Below, piece after piece: positions 28,587-38,015 of a DNA stretch of 64,000 nt; positions within the stretch are counted from its first letter, which is position 1, and every line of letters starts with the position of its first letter. A program made the position numbers and the translations under genes. Origin of the DNA: Candidatus Woesearchaeota archaeon (GTDB taxonomy: Archaea; Nanobdellota; Nanobdellia; SCGC-AAA011-G17; UBA489); assembly GCA_964366415.1 (NCBI GenBank), contig CAYITG010000001.1:515203-579202 (forward strand). Reading direction: 5' to 3'. The notes beneath the pieces are model-generated. The model was not told the DNA's origin. It saw only the letters and a program-made list of their open reading frames with translations, and did no database searches.

Positions 28587-29555
28587 ATGCTACCGAAAAA
28601 TTTCGTTATGGACATTGAACATAAAGATATTGAAGCTATGCCTCTTTCTACAGCCTTTGTAACTTACAGAAAGGAATTAGAAAAGATGTTAGGAGATAAA
28701 GCAATAGATGTCAAGCATGGAATGTTCATGAGAATTCCTGCAGGAAAACATATTCTTGTTCCTTTACATGTGAATGTTCATCTCAGCACATCTGAAAGTG
28801 ATATCTTAGTTATTATTGCAGAACCAGAGAGCAATATTACTCTTATTGATGCTGTTACAAGTGATTCTTTTACAGGAACACATTCAAAGGGAATATATCT
28901 CTTAGCACAAGAAAAGGCATTTGTTCATTACATTTCTGTACAGTGTGTTTCAGATACTATTGTTCATACAACGAATCGAAAAGCAACTGTTGAAAAAGAT
29001 GCATGTGTGCAATGGACAGAGTGCCAGCTTGGAGGAAGTTCAGTTACTTCACATACTGTAACGTCATTGAGGGGCGAAGGAGCATCATTATTTCATCGCA
29101 CGCTCTTCTTGGGAGAACACCAACGGAAACTTACTTTTAATACGCAAGCATTGCATGAGGCATCACATACGACAAGCAGATTGTTTATGAATGGTGCATT
29201 AGCTGATCGCGCCGATGCTACAGCACATGGATTAATTAAAATTAATAAAGACTGTGCTCATTGTGATGGATATCAAAAACAACATACCCTTTTACTCAGC
29301 GAAGAAGCAAAAATGGATCCTGTGCCTATGTTGGAAATTCACAATGATGATGTCAAATGCAGTCATGCAACAGCTATCACTGATGTTGATGAAGAACAGT
29401 TACACTATATGATGTCCCGAGGACTTGATCAACAGCAAGCGCGCAAACTTATTGTTGAAGGATTCTTCGAACCTATCTTACGAGAGATTAAAGACACCTC
29501 TGCAGAGAATATTCGAGAATATCTTGCTAAAAAGGTTGAGGAGATTGTATGTTAA
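28587..29555 (+). CDS. sufD: Fe-S cluster assembly protein SufD
   Basis: SufBD-family paralog downstream of sufB. Confidence 0.75.
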   Translation: MLPKNFVMDIEHKDIEAMPLSTAFVTYRKELEKMLGDKAIDVKHGMFMRIPAGKHILVPLHVNVHLSTSESDILVIIAEPESNITLIDAVTSDSFTGTHSKGIYLLAQEKAFVHYISVQCVSDTIVHTTNRKATVEKDACVQWTECQLGGSSVTSHTVTSLRGEGASLFHRTLFLGEHQRKLTFNTQALHEASHTTSRLFMNGALADRADATAHGLIKINKDCAHCDGYQKQHTLLLSEEAKMDPVPMLEIHNDDVKCSHATAITDVDEEQLHYMMSRGLDQQQARKLIVEGFFEPILREIKDTSAENIREYLAKKVEEIVC

Positions 29556-30784
29556 AGACGAACATGTTGGATGCAGAACAGCTTCGAAAAGATTTTCCTC
29601 TCTTGCAAAGAGAAATTCATGGCAAATCTTTAGTGTATTTAGACAATGCTTCAACAACACAAAAACCTGTAGAAGTCCTTGAAAGCATGGAAAGGTACTA
29701 TTCCTGGTATAATGCTAATATTCATCGTGGAGTGTATGTTCTGAGCGAGGAAGCCACTCTTGCTTACGAACAAGCTAGACAGAAAGTTGCTGATTTTATT
29801 CATGCTGATTATCATGAAATTATTTTTACCAAAGGAACAACAGAGTCTTTGAATTTACTAGCATATTCTTTAGGAAAGACGTTATGCGAAGGAGATGAGA
29901 TTGTTTTAACTGAAATGGAACATCACAGCAATTTAGTTCCTTGGCAACAGATTGCATTAGAAAAGAAATGTATCTTGAAGTTTATTCCTGTCAATGCAGA
30001 AGGACGTGTCGATCTTAACGTTGCACGAAATATGATTACCAAGAAGACAAAGATTGTGAGCGTCACTCATGTCTCAAATGTTATGGGGACGATTGCTCCT
30101 TTGAAAGAATTAGAAGTATTGACGCATAAAAAAAATGCTTTATTCATTGTCGATGGCGCACAAGCTGTTGCTCATCTTTCTGTAGATGTTCGGGAGTTGA
30201 ATTGTGATTTTTATGCTTTCTCTGGACACAAGATGTTTGGACCAACCGGTGTTGGAGTTTTGTATGGAAAAAAAGAACATTTAGAACACATGTCTCCTTT
30301 CTTGTATGGCGGGGATATGATTCGAGAAGTTCGTTATGAAACTTCAACATGGAACGATGTTCCTTGGAAATTTGAAGCTGGCACGCCAAATATTGCGGGC
30401 GTTATTGGATTAGGGATGGCTATTGACTATCTGATTATGATAGGAATTGATACTATTCGCCATCATGAAGAGATGTTAACAACTTATGCCTTAGAGCAGT
30501 TACAGAAAGTACGCAATATTACTCTTTATGGCCCTAAAAATACAACGATGCGGAGTGGAGTCATTTCCTTTACTCTTGAAGGCATTCATTCTCATGATAT
30601 TGCAACTCTCCTTGATAGAGAAGGCATTTGTGTGCGAGGAGGACATCATTGTGCCATGCCTTTAATGAAGAAATTGGGCATTACAGGAAGCACCCGCGTG
30701 AGTTTTTCTATCTACAACACAAAAGATGATGTCGATAGATTAGTACAGGCGCTTGGACAAGCTCAGAAGGTGTTTCGCGTATGA
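29549..30784 (+). CDS. sufS: cysteine desulfurase SufS (class V aminotransferase)
   Basis: PLP-lysine motif SGHKMFGPTGVGVLYGK; catalytic-Cys region RGGHHCAMP. Confidence 0.9.
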   Translation: MLKTNMLDAEQLRKDFPLLQREIHGKSLVYLDNASTTQKPVEVLESMERYYSWYNANIHRGVYVLSEEATLAYEQARQKVADFIHADYHEIIFTKGTTESLNLLAYSLGKTLCEGDEIVLTEMEHHSNLVPWQQIALEKKCILKFIPVNAEGRVDLNVARNMITKKTKIVSVTHVSNVMGTIAPLKELEVLTHKKNALFIVDGAQAVAHLSVDVRELNCDFYAFSGHKMFGPTGVGVLYGKKEHLEHMSPFLYGGDMIREVRYETSTWNDVPWKFEAGTPNIAGVIGLGMAIDYLIMIGIDTIRHHEEMLTTYALEQLQKVRNITLYGPKNTTMRSGVISFTLEGIHSHDIATLLDREGICVRGGHHCAMPLMKKLGITGSTRVSFSIYNTKDDVDRLVQALGQAQKVFRV

Positions 30785-31197
30785 TTAACAGGCTACAGGT
30801 TGGCGAAGGGATCCTGACAGAAGAACAGGAGATTTATCGAGAGAATATTCTTGATCATTATAAACGCCCGCATAATACAGGAAAGTTACAACATTATACT
30901 TGCAGCAATCGCGAACTAAACCCTTTGTGCGGAGATGAACTTGAGATTTTTTTACATATTGATAACGGCCGAGTGAAAGAGATTACCTTTATCGGAAAGG
31001 GATGTGCTATTAGCCAGGCATCGATGTCTATGTTAACAGATGTTATTAAGGGAAAACTAGTACGAGAAATATTAACTATGACCAAAGACGATATTGTAAA
31101 TATGCTTGGCATTCCTATTGGTGCTGTGCGTATGAAATGCGCTATGTTGAGTTTACAGACTGTTCATAAAAGCTTGAAGGGAGTCTCCCATGAGTAA
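30781..31197 (+). CDS. sufU: SufU/IscU-family Fe-S scaffold / sulfur acceptor
   Basis: NPLCGDELEIF...GKGCAISQAS...MKCAM motifs. Confidence 0.8.
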   Translation: MINRLQVGEGILTEEQEIYRENILDHYKRPHNTGKLQHYTCSNRELNPLCGDELEIFLHIDNGRVKEITFIGKGCAISQASMSMLTDVIKGKLVREILTMTKDDIVNMLGIPIGAVRMKCAMLSLQTVHKSLKGVSHE

Positions 31198-31936
31198 ATT
31201 AGAATTGCAAAATATTCATGTCAGTGTTGACGGAAAAGAAATTGTCAAGGGAATTTCTCTTACGTTAGACACTGGAAAAGTGTATGCGTTGATGGGACCT
31301 AATGGATCTGGCAAAAGCAGTCTAGCACATGCGCTCATGGGCCATCCTCAGTATGTCATCACCCAAGGAAAGATTTTGTTAGATGGCGAAGATATTACTC
31401 ATCTTCCTACAGACAAAAAAGCAAAGAAAGGGTTGTTTTTGTCTTTTCAATATCCTGCAGAGATTAGCGGCGTTGCACTCTCTAACTTTTTGCGTGCGGC
31501 TTTGAATGCTGTGAGTGATAGGACATGGTCTGTCGTAGAATTTCATACTTTATTAAAAGAGAAAATGAAAGAGCTTGGCATGGACAGTGCATTCAGCAGA
31601 CGAGCAGTGAATGAAGGATTTTCTGGAGGAGAAAAGAAGAAAACAGAAATCCTACAGATGAGTGTTTTACAACCAAGGTTCGCCATCCTCGACGAAACAG
31701 ACTCCGGATTAGATGCTGATGCTTTGAGAATCGTTGCTGAAGGTATAAAAAAAATGAGAAACGTATCTCGTAGCATGTTGATCATTACACATTATTATCG
31801 CATGTTAGATTACATTACTCCCGATCATGTCTTTATTATGCATGAAGGAAAGATTGTTAAAGAAGGAGGAAAAGAGTTAGCATTACATATTGAAGAAAAA
31901 GGATATGATTTCCTTCCGAAGAAGGTGATGGCATGA
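31190..31936 (+). CDS. sufC: Fe-S cluster assembly ATPase SufC
   Basis: Walker A GPNGSGKSSL; signature FSGGEKKK; Walker B ILDETDSGLD. Confidence 0.9.
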   Translation: MSKLELQNIHVSVDGKEIVKGISLTLDTGKVYALMGPNGSGKSSLAHALMGHPQYVITQGKILLDGEDITHLPTDKKAKKGLFLSFQYPAEISGVALSNFLRAALNAVSDRTWSVVEFHTLLKEKMKELGMDSAFSRRAVNEGFSGGEKKKTEILQMSVLQPRFAILDETDSGLDADALRIVAEGIKKMRNVSRSMLIITHYYRMLDYITPDHVFIMHEGKIVKEGGKELALHIEEKGYDFLPKKVMA

Positions 31937-32223
31937 TTACGCGAGAGAAAGCTATTGAAGCATTGAAAACGTGCAAAGACCCTGAGCTTGATGTCGATGT
32001 TTGGACGTTAGGTCTTATTTATACTATTAAACTTGATAAAAATATTGTTAACATTACGATGACATTTACTTCGCCCATGTGCCCTTATGGGCCTTTATTG
32101 GTTGAACAGATAAAAGGAGCTGTGAAACGTGCAGGTGCAGTTGAAGTGAAGATTCAGATTACCTTTGATCCGATGTGGAAACCAAGTGAAGAAGTTAAAG
32201 AATTGTTAGGAATGAGCGAATAA
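31933..32223 (+). CDS. sufT: DUF59 (SufT/MIP18-like) Fe-S assembly protein
   Basis: DPELDVDVWTLGLIY...TSPMCPYGP motif. Confidence 0.7.
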   Translation: MITREKAIEALKTCKDPELDVDVWTLGLIYTIKLDKNIVNITMTFTSPMCPYGPLLVEQIKGAVKRAGAVEVKIQITFDPMWKPSEEVKELLGMSE

Positions 32224-32224
32224 T

Positions 32225-32356
32225 ATGGGAGACGTCTTAGACACTTGTCCTGAGTGTGGAACAAAATTACATCAAGGAGAACATCAGTTTAAAGATGGAA
32301 AATATGTAGTGAAATATTGTAAACGATGTGGGTTTCGACGTGAGAAACCGCTGTGA
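32225..32356 (+). CDS. small Zn-ribbon protein (43 aa), not in ORF track
   Basis: MGDVLDTCPECGTKLHQGEHQFKDGKYVVKYCKRCGFRREKPL. ATG is 1 nt after the sufT stop. Confidence 0.4.
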   Translation: MGDVLDTCPECGTKLHQGEHQFKDGKYVVKYCKRCGFRREKPL

Positions 32357-32363
32357 GATTTAT

Positions 32364-33500
32364 TTACTCTCTTGGGCGTTTCATTCGCCATTCTTCGCCT
32401 AAAATGCTTCGAACTGTTGTTTGAGTTAGATCCATATTTGCTTGCTCTTGTTCATTTTCCGCAAGCTTTGCCTCGAGTTTTCTTCGTTCTTCTTCTCGAA
32501 GAGGAGTTTGACTAGAGAATATAACTGGCGTTGTTGTTGTTCCTTTTATTTTTATTTGGTAAGGATCTTCAGTTGCTCCTTCCCGTATAGGGTCTGAAAT
32601 GTTAATATAATCAATAGAAAGTCTTTCTCCTGGAGTCGGTTTCCATGAGCCTAAAGATATACTTGTTAATCTTGCCATTGCTTCCACTTCGCGTTTGGCA
32701 CTCAGATAATATGCTCTGTTGAACAAAGAGGGATTGTTTAGAATAACTTCAGATAAAAGACAAAGGTCATAGAGATCTTTGTTCAGTTTATATTTTGTTT
32801 TTTTAGTTACTGAACCATTCACTTCTTTTTGGAGATCTGCTTGCATAAGTGTTAAATTTTCACACCATTGTGGCAGATTAATTCCTATTAGACTTTCCCA
32901 TTCAGCATTATCTGCAGATTGCAACAGCGCCTGATGGAGAGGTTCTTCTGCTTCGCCAGATTTCGTGAGCGCCTCTAATGACCTTCTCACACGCCTAATT
33001 TTATAAGGAATCATGTCTTCAATAAGCTTGACTTTTACTGTTTTTGATGAATTATATGGCAAAGACATCTCGCGTGCATTTTTAGCTTCGCGTATAGAGA
33101 CATGACCTGTCAATTCAAGCATTTCCGGCGTGTATCGTGTAAAATGTGCGAAAAAAAGTTCTTCGGCATGCGCGTTTTGTCCCTTCATAATTTTTAATTC
33201 ATTTTCATCTCGAGCTCGTTTTGGTTGTACTTGATATCCTGATTTCTTGAAATAACGAGCAGCTTCTACCCCTATCCCTTGTGAGAATATTTCATAGGCT
33301 CTATTTTTGACGTCTAAGATGTCTACGTCTGAAGTGGGCCTTAACAAAGGACGTTGATTAAATGCATAAAGCTGAATGGCCATTCCACCTACAACTACTG
33401 GGCGCTCTTCTGCTACAGGTGCTGACGCACTTAATTCAGCAACATACTCTAAGGTCTTTTGCACAATAGGCTCATAAGCATCGAAGTATACTTTTACCAT
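32364..33500 (-). CDS. nucleotidyltransferase-fold (Pol-beta-like) protein with large C-terminal helical domain
   Basis: Start MVKVYF at 33500. Motif VVVGGMAIQLY...RPTSDVDI matches G[GS]x(9-13)DxD. Confidence 0.45.
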   Translation of the reverse strand: MVKVYFDAYEPIVQKTLEYVAELSASAPVAEERPVVVGGMAIQLYAFNQRPLLRPTSDVDILDVKNRAYEIFSQGIGVEAARYFKKSGYQVQPKRARDENELKIMKGQNAHAEELFFAHFTRYTPEMLELTGHVSIREAKNAREMSLPYNSSKTVKVKLIEDMIPYKIRRVRRSLEALTKSGEAEEPLHQALLQSADNAEWESLIGINLPQWCENLTLMQADLQKEVNGSVTKKTKYKLNKDLYDLCLLSEVILNNPSLFNRAYYLSAKREVEAMARLTSISLGSWKPTPGERLSIDYINISDPIREGATEDPYQIKIKGTTTTPVIFSSQTPLREEERRKLEAKLAENEQEQANMDLTQTTVRSILGEEWRMKRPRE

Positions 33501-33675
33501 GCTACTATTTGGATATTTTAACCATATATAAACCTTTCTTCTTATACGCACTTTAAAGTAGTAACAATAATGGCATGGATTACTAGTTTTAACCTTTGAT
33601 TATTGCTTAAAAGATTTAGACCCTATTTTACCCCCTATAATAAGGAAAGATTTAAAATTAAAATGGAAACAAAAA

Positions 33676-34179
33676 ATGTTTATGACACACACAACTATTG
33701 CGTATATTGAACCTGATCATTCACATCGCAGTTTTTATAGAGATGTTTTAAGACGAGAGGGTTTTTGTGTCGATAGCTTTGAGCATGCTGATCCAGCCTT
33801 AGAAGCACTTGTTCAAAAAGAGTATGATTTGGTCTTATTAGAAATTAAAGTTGCCCCAGGTTTAGATATGAAAGACAATGGTCTTAAGCAGGAATGGGAG
33901 CTTATTTCCAGAGATGCCAAAAGGATGGGAAACGAAAGCCATCCCGATTATTGGCGCGTTGGGCATTATATCATTCAACGAGTTAAATCTGAGCAGTGTA
34001 TAAATAACAAAAAACCAGTAGTCGTTTTAAGTATTTATGATTCTAAATATGATGGTTTATTTCTTGATGCTGCCTCTCGGACACTAACAATCGGGGCAGA
34101 TAAATATATAGCAAAAAAAGATGTAAATTACGTTCCTGTTGTACAAGAGATTAAGTTTAGATTATCAAAAAAGCGGTGA
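33676..34179 (+). CDS. CheY-like receiver-domain protein (possibly degenerate)
   Basis: IAYIEPDHSHRSFYRDVLRREGFCVD...YDLVLLEIKV: receiver-like with E at the usual phospho-Asp position. Confidence 0.4.
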   Translation: MFMTHTTIAYIEPDHSHRSFYRDVLRREGFCVDSFEHADPALEALVQKEYDLVLLEIKVAPGLDMKDNGLKQEWELISRDAKRMGNESHPDYWRVGHYIIQRVKSEQCINNKKPVVVLSIYDSKYDGLFLDAASRTLTIGADKYIAKKDVNYVPVVQEIKFRLSKKR

Positions 34180-34226
34180 AATGCCTTCTAAAAAGAGACA
34201 TATAATGTGTATTATATGAACTTTTA

Positions 34227-34853
34227 ATGAATTATACTACGTATTGTAATTATTGCTTAAAACTTTTATTCTTCTTTTATACGACACTTTTATATGTTGG
34301 TTGGACGTTTTTTTCTTCTATGCGTAAAGCAAAACTCGTTCGCTATGGCATCATAGGGTTGATTGTGGGTGGGTTGGGAGTTCTTTATTCCGATCATCTT
34401 CGCGACTTGAAAGAGAGAGTCTACCAACGGACTGCAACGTTCTTTGTACCCCTTCCCGAGGAGATCCGACGAAAACGACACATGGATCATTATCATCGCT
34501 TCGGATCTGAAGTCAATATTCCTCCCTTCAAAACTTTGAATATGCAAACTAACCATCTTTTCAACCTCCATTCTATGGACAATATTTTACCTGTCCTCAA
34601 GAAAAAAGAGTGTACTCTCGAGGGATATTTTCAAGCTTTGGAGGAGACTACCTCATTGGATTTTCGTCTTGATTCTCGTTTGTGCGAGCGTTCTTGTGAT
34701 TACTTTAATGGATGGTGGAAGGCCCCTGCAAATGCCAAGGTCACTGTGAGGGAGACTATTGATACTCTTTTTTCCTTTTATGATTTACATACTGATCCGG
34801 TCGGATATGGAAATGACCGATGGATTGATGTTTGGAGCACTCAAAACTTGTAA
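34227..34853 (+). CDS. hypothetical membrane-anchored protein
   Basis: One TM (IIGLIVGGLGVLY). The real start is possibly MRKAK at 34320. Confidence 0.4.
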   Translation: MNYTTYCNYCLKLLFFFYTTLLYVGWTFFSSMRKAKLVRYGIIGLIVGGLGVLYSDHLRDLKERVYQRTATFFVPLPEEIRRKRHMDHYHRFGSEVNIPPFKTLNMQTNHLFNLHSMDNILPVLKKKECTLEGYFQALEETTSLDFRLDSRLCERSCDYFNGWWKAPANAKVTVRETIDTLFSFYDLHTDPVGYGNDRWIDVWSTQNL

Positions 34854-34890
34854 TTGTTGCTTATAAGTTCTGGTGCTTAAATCTTTTGCT

Positions 34891-35136
34891 TTATTCTAAA
34901 ATCTTTTTGTTTATTGATCTTAATAAATTTTTGAGATGTTGTTCTGGAATTGCTTGTTCAACAGCATGTTGCTCTATTGTATTGCTATAATCAATACCAT
35001 ACCCTATTGTATGCAACCCATATACTTCCATTTGTTTAATGATGCGCTTTGTTTCTTTGGTGTTTCTTTCGAAGATGTCGCCTAGTTTTGTTTTATGTGT
35101 TATGATGAGACTTCCTATTCTTTTGGGTCTTTTCAT
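34891..35136 (-). CDS. hypothetical small protein
   Basis: 81-aa ORF overlapping the downstream start by 4 nt. Confidence 0.3.
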   Translation of the reverse strand: MKRPKRIGSLIITHKTKLGDIFERNTKETKRIIKQMEVYGLHTIGYGIDYSNTIEQHAVEQAIPEQHLKNLLRSINKKILE

Positions 35137-35537
35137 GTTTTTGATATTCTTGTTGGAATTATCTGACCAAGATTGTTTGTCTTGTAGACTACGAGAACTT
35201 CTTGGCCAACATTAAAAAATTGTGTTGTAGATATAAAAGCAATTTTTCTATTTTCAAGTTTTACAAAGTATCCATTTGTTGTTTTTTGCATAATTGTTCC
35301 TATGCTCTGATAAGTTGCCGGAGAAGAAGCCTGTGTAGAAGAAAACCTGTTACTTGCACTAACCCAGGCGCGATTATGTTCTGGAGTAAAACCGCGTACT
35401 GATGTTGCTTGTAATGATGCATATCCTGTTGATGTTTCAATACTCGTGGCTTGGCCAATCCATGAAAAAATAACTGCTGATAAAACGAGAAGTACTAAAG
35501 AGAAAATATGCTCTTTTGACATTACCCTCTTTTGCAT
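35133..35537 (-). CDS. secreted/membrane-anchored hypothetical protein
   Basis: N-terminal signal/TM HIFSLVLLVLSAVIFSWIGQA; S/T-rich. Confidence 0.45.
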   Translation of the reverse strand: MQKRVMSKEHIFSLVLLVLSAVIFSWIGQATSIETSTGYASLQATSVRGFTPEHNRAWVSASNRFSSTQASSPATYQSIGTIMQKTTNGYFVKLENRKIAFISTTQFFNVGQEVLVVYKTNNLGQIIPTRISKT

Positions 35538-35604
35538 ATTGGCTTTAAGGCTTTCTTATATATAAAGATTTTCTTTAAAATGTTGTAATTATTGCTTAAA
35601 TGTT

Positions 35605-36231
35605 TTAGTCTCTTTTAGAGCCTTGAGAAAGAATCTTCTTTAATTTAGTTTTCTTTGTTTTTTCGAAGAGTTGTAACCCTTTTTCTGTTATAGACATGTA
35701 TGTTAATTTTCCTCTTCTTCTTTTTTTGACTAACCCAGATTCTATGAGAATGCTCGTATATTCTGATAATGTGGAACGCACTTTATCATACTGTTTATCT
35801 GGATAAATCTCTTGAGCTAATGCTTTGGCGGTAATCCACTCTTGAGAGGATTCATAGAGCAAGGTTCCTAATCTCAAAAAAATCGCTTTTTGTGTATCTG
35901 TTAAATCATTTAATATCCTAGTAGGTTCGCTATCTTCTTCTGTTTCCCTTTCTTCGCGTTGTGTATCTACAATAATTACTTCTTGTTTTTTAGGGATTTC
36001 TTCTTGTGCTTCTTGCATGTAATTAAGAATCGAATCTAGTTCCTCTAATCTTGATTCGATGTTTTGTAATCGTTTTTCATGATCTTGTTCACGATCTTTA
36101 AAAAAAGTAAGCCAGTCTCGTGTTGCTTGAATGTCTTTTTTTATTCTTGTAAAAGATTCTTTGAGATTTGAATTGATTTGTTGGAAAAGCTCAGAATTAT
36201 CTTGATTCTTCCTCTTTTTAAATAACCACAT
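35605..36231 (-). CDS. coiled-coil protein with C-terminal winged-helix DNA-binding domain
   Basis: wHTH LTDTQKAIFLRLGTLLYESSQEWITAKALAQEIY...; leaderless-type TATA ~25 nt upstream. Confidence 0.5.
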   Translation of the reverse strand: MWLFKKRKNQDNSELFQQINSNLKESFTRIKKDIQATRDWLTFFKDREQDHEKRLQNIESRLEELDSILNYMQEAQEEIPKKQEVIIVDTQREERETEEDSEPTRILNDLTDTQKAIFLRLGTLLYESSQEWITAKALAQEIYPDKQYDKVRSTLSEYTSILIESGLVKKRRRGKLTYMSITEKGLQLFEKTKKTKLKKILSQGSKRD

Positions 36232-36265
36232 AACGAATAGTTATTTGACTTTTTATATAAATGTT

Positions 36266-36316
36266 TCGTAGACCCGTCGTAGACGTATATAGACTGTTCG
36301 TCGACATTTCGTAGAC
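36266..36316 (-). promoter_or_regulatory. three direct GTCTACGA repeats immediately upstream of the TATA box of gene 35605..36231
   Basis: Plus-strand tcgtagac at 36266, 36277 and 36309, with a GTCGAC palindrome at 36299; a variant (tcgtagat) lies at 36660. Confidence 0.4.
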
Positions 36317-36752
36317 GTCTGTAAATGACAATCGACGGGTTAAAATAGATGTTTTTGGATAAAATAAATGAAAGAATAAAAGAGAAAGTAATTGCTTGAG
36401 TAGCTTTAGATTCAAAAAAAAGAACGCTTACTCACTCTTTTAAAGGGTTTCAAAGAGAGAATAACTAAAGAGGGTTTAAGAGATAAAAAGAAAAAAGTGA
36501 GATAAATTCTTATTTTAAAAAAAGAGAATTAACCCATACTTAGCTAAAGAGGAGACCAGATTTATAGGCAAAAGTGAGAGGTTTGCGTAAGCAGGCCAAA
36601 TGAAGGTGATTAATGATTGTTTTTAATAAAAGTGTGAATTAGGATTATATACTAGACTGTCGTAGATCTAAAAAAGGAAGCATCAAATGAAGAAAAGGCT
36701 AAAATAAGCTCCTTTTGATAAAAGTGAGGGTTGATATCAAAAAGATTTTAGA

Positions 36753-37370
36753 TCATACATCTAAAAGAGTTTTTTGGCTGTGAGGATTTTGACGAATTTT
36801 AATTAGTTTTGTGAGCATATTTGCGTCATGGAAGTCCTTAGACACTGAAAGTGAGACTTTCTTGTTAAAAAAGCGTATTTTTTGTAAAGGGACTTTTTTT
36901 GATATAAGGCGATTCACGGTGTTTCTAATAGTTGGTTCAGAAATGGCCAATTTATTAGCTAGATCTGTATATGTGACCTCGGGAAGTTGTTTTTCTAACT
37001 CAAATATTGCCACAAAAACAGAAAATTCACGATCAGTAAGACTTTGAAAGGCGAAAGTGAGACTTCTAGAAAGCTCTTTTAGGCTTAAATTTTCATCATT
37101 GATTGTTGTTGATTGTTGTGCATTGTTGTTTGTTGTTGATGATTGTTGATGATTGTTGATTACCCCATCATTTCCAATGGAACTTTTTTTAAAGAAGGAT
37201 AAATTGTCTTTTATTTCTCCTATAAAAGCATATATTTCGTCTATTTTCTTTTTTATTTCTTTTAATTCTTCTTTTTCTTCTTTTAAACTATCTTTAAGGA
37301 CTGTTATGTCTTCTTTAACACGCTGAAAAGAAATACGTATTCTCTCGTCTTTTTCACTATCTTCAGTCAT
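36753..37370 (-). CDS. coiled-coil protein with Q/N-rich linker and C-terminal HTH (paralog of 35605..36231)
   Basis: HTH LTDREFSVFVAIFELEKQLPEVTYTDLANKLAISEPTIRNTV; tandem GATTGTTGA-type repeats at ~37090..37160. Confidence 0.5.
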   Translation of the reverse strand: MTEDSEKDERIRISFQRVKEDITVLKDSLKEEKEELKEIKKKIDEIYAFIGEIKDNLSFFKKSSIGNDGVINNHQQSSTTNNNAQQSTTINDENLSLKELSRSLTFAFQSLTDREFSVFVAIFELEKQLPEVTYTDLANKLAISEPTIRNTVNRLISKKVPLQKIRFFNKKVSLSVSKDFHDANMLTKLIKIRQNPHSQKTLLDV

Positions 37371-37392
37371 ATCGCTGTTTAATGGGCTTTCT

Positions 37393-37947
37393 TTATATCT
37401 TTTCTGGTCTGTTTGCCATTGTTTGGTGTTGTTTGGTGTTGATCATTGTTTGGATTTTTTGAAAGATTTGGATTAAAACAGCTTCCGGGGCGTTTATGCC
37501 TCCTTCTATGACACATTTGGCAAAATATTTACTAATCTCTTTCATTGTTTGTTTTGGAGGATCAAAATTTATTAGACGTTTTAATGTTTCTTCACATAAA
37601 ACTCCTTCATTAAGCTTAAGGCAGGCTTTTTTGTTTGTTTTACTATTGATGATCGTTGCTTGTTTTATATCTACTTCGATATATTCTTTGTTTAATTTTC
37701 CTTTTACTTCTTTAAAATCGTGATTTATGAGCTCTGTTTTAATTAAAGAATAAAAAATTTCTTTTAAATCATTATTGTTGTTTAAAATTACCTCATTATT
37801 CTCTTTTTTAGGGAATATGTACACTCTCCCAAGGTACTTTATGATTTTTTGTTTGGGTTTACCTCTTTTGCGCCTAATTTCGGCGAGATATGCATAAGTG
37901 TATGATCTCTTAGATTTATTTGTTCTTACTTTCGTGCGAATATACAT
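37393..37947 (-). CDS. hypothetical basic protein
   Basis: 184-aa ORF with K/R-rich N-terminus. Confidence 0.35.
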   Translation of the reverse strand: MYIRTKVRTNKSKRSYTYAYLAEIRRKRGKPKQKIIKYLGRVYIFPKKENNEVILNNNNDLKEIFYSLIKTELINHDFKEVKGKLNKEYIEVDIKQATIINSKTNKKACLKLNEGVLCEETLKRLINFDPPKQTMKEISKYFAKCVIEGGINAPEAVLIQIFQKIQTMINTKQHQTMANRPEKI

Positions 37948-38015
37948 TTTCTGATGGGCACTCTCTTAAGATATAAATCTTTCTTTGTTTTTTCGTTGTT
38001 TATGCCTAAAAGAGC

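Larger units (their letters stand above)
33596..35600 (+). repeat. four dispersed copies of an ~18-nt intergenic motif TTGTAATTATTGCTTAAA
   Basis: Copies at ~33595..33613 (variant), 34244..34262, 34848..34867 (variant), and 35583..35600; all in the same orientation. Confidence 0.6.
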
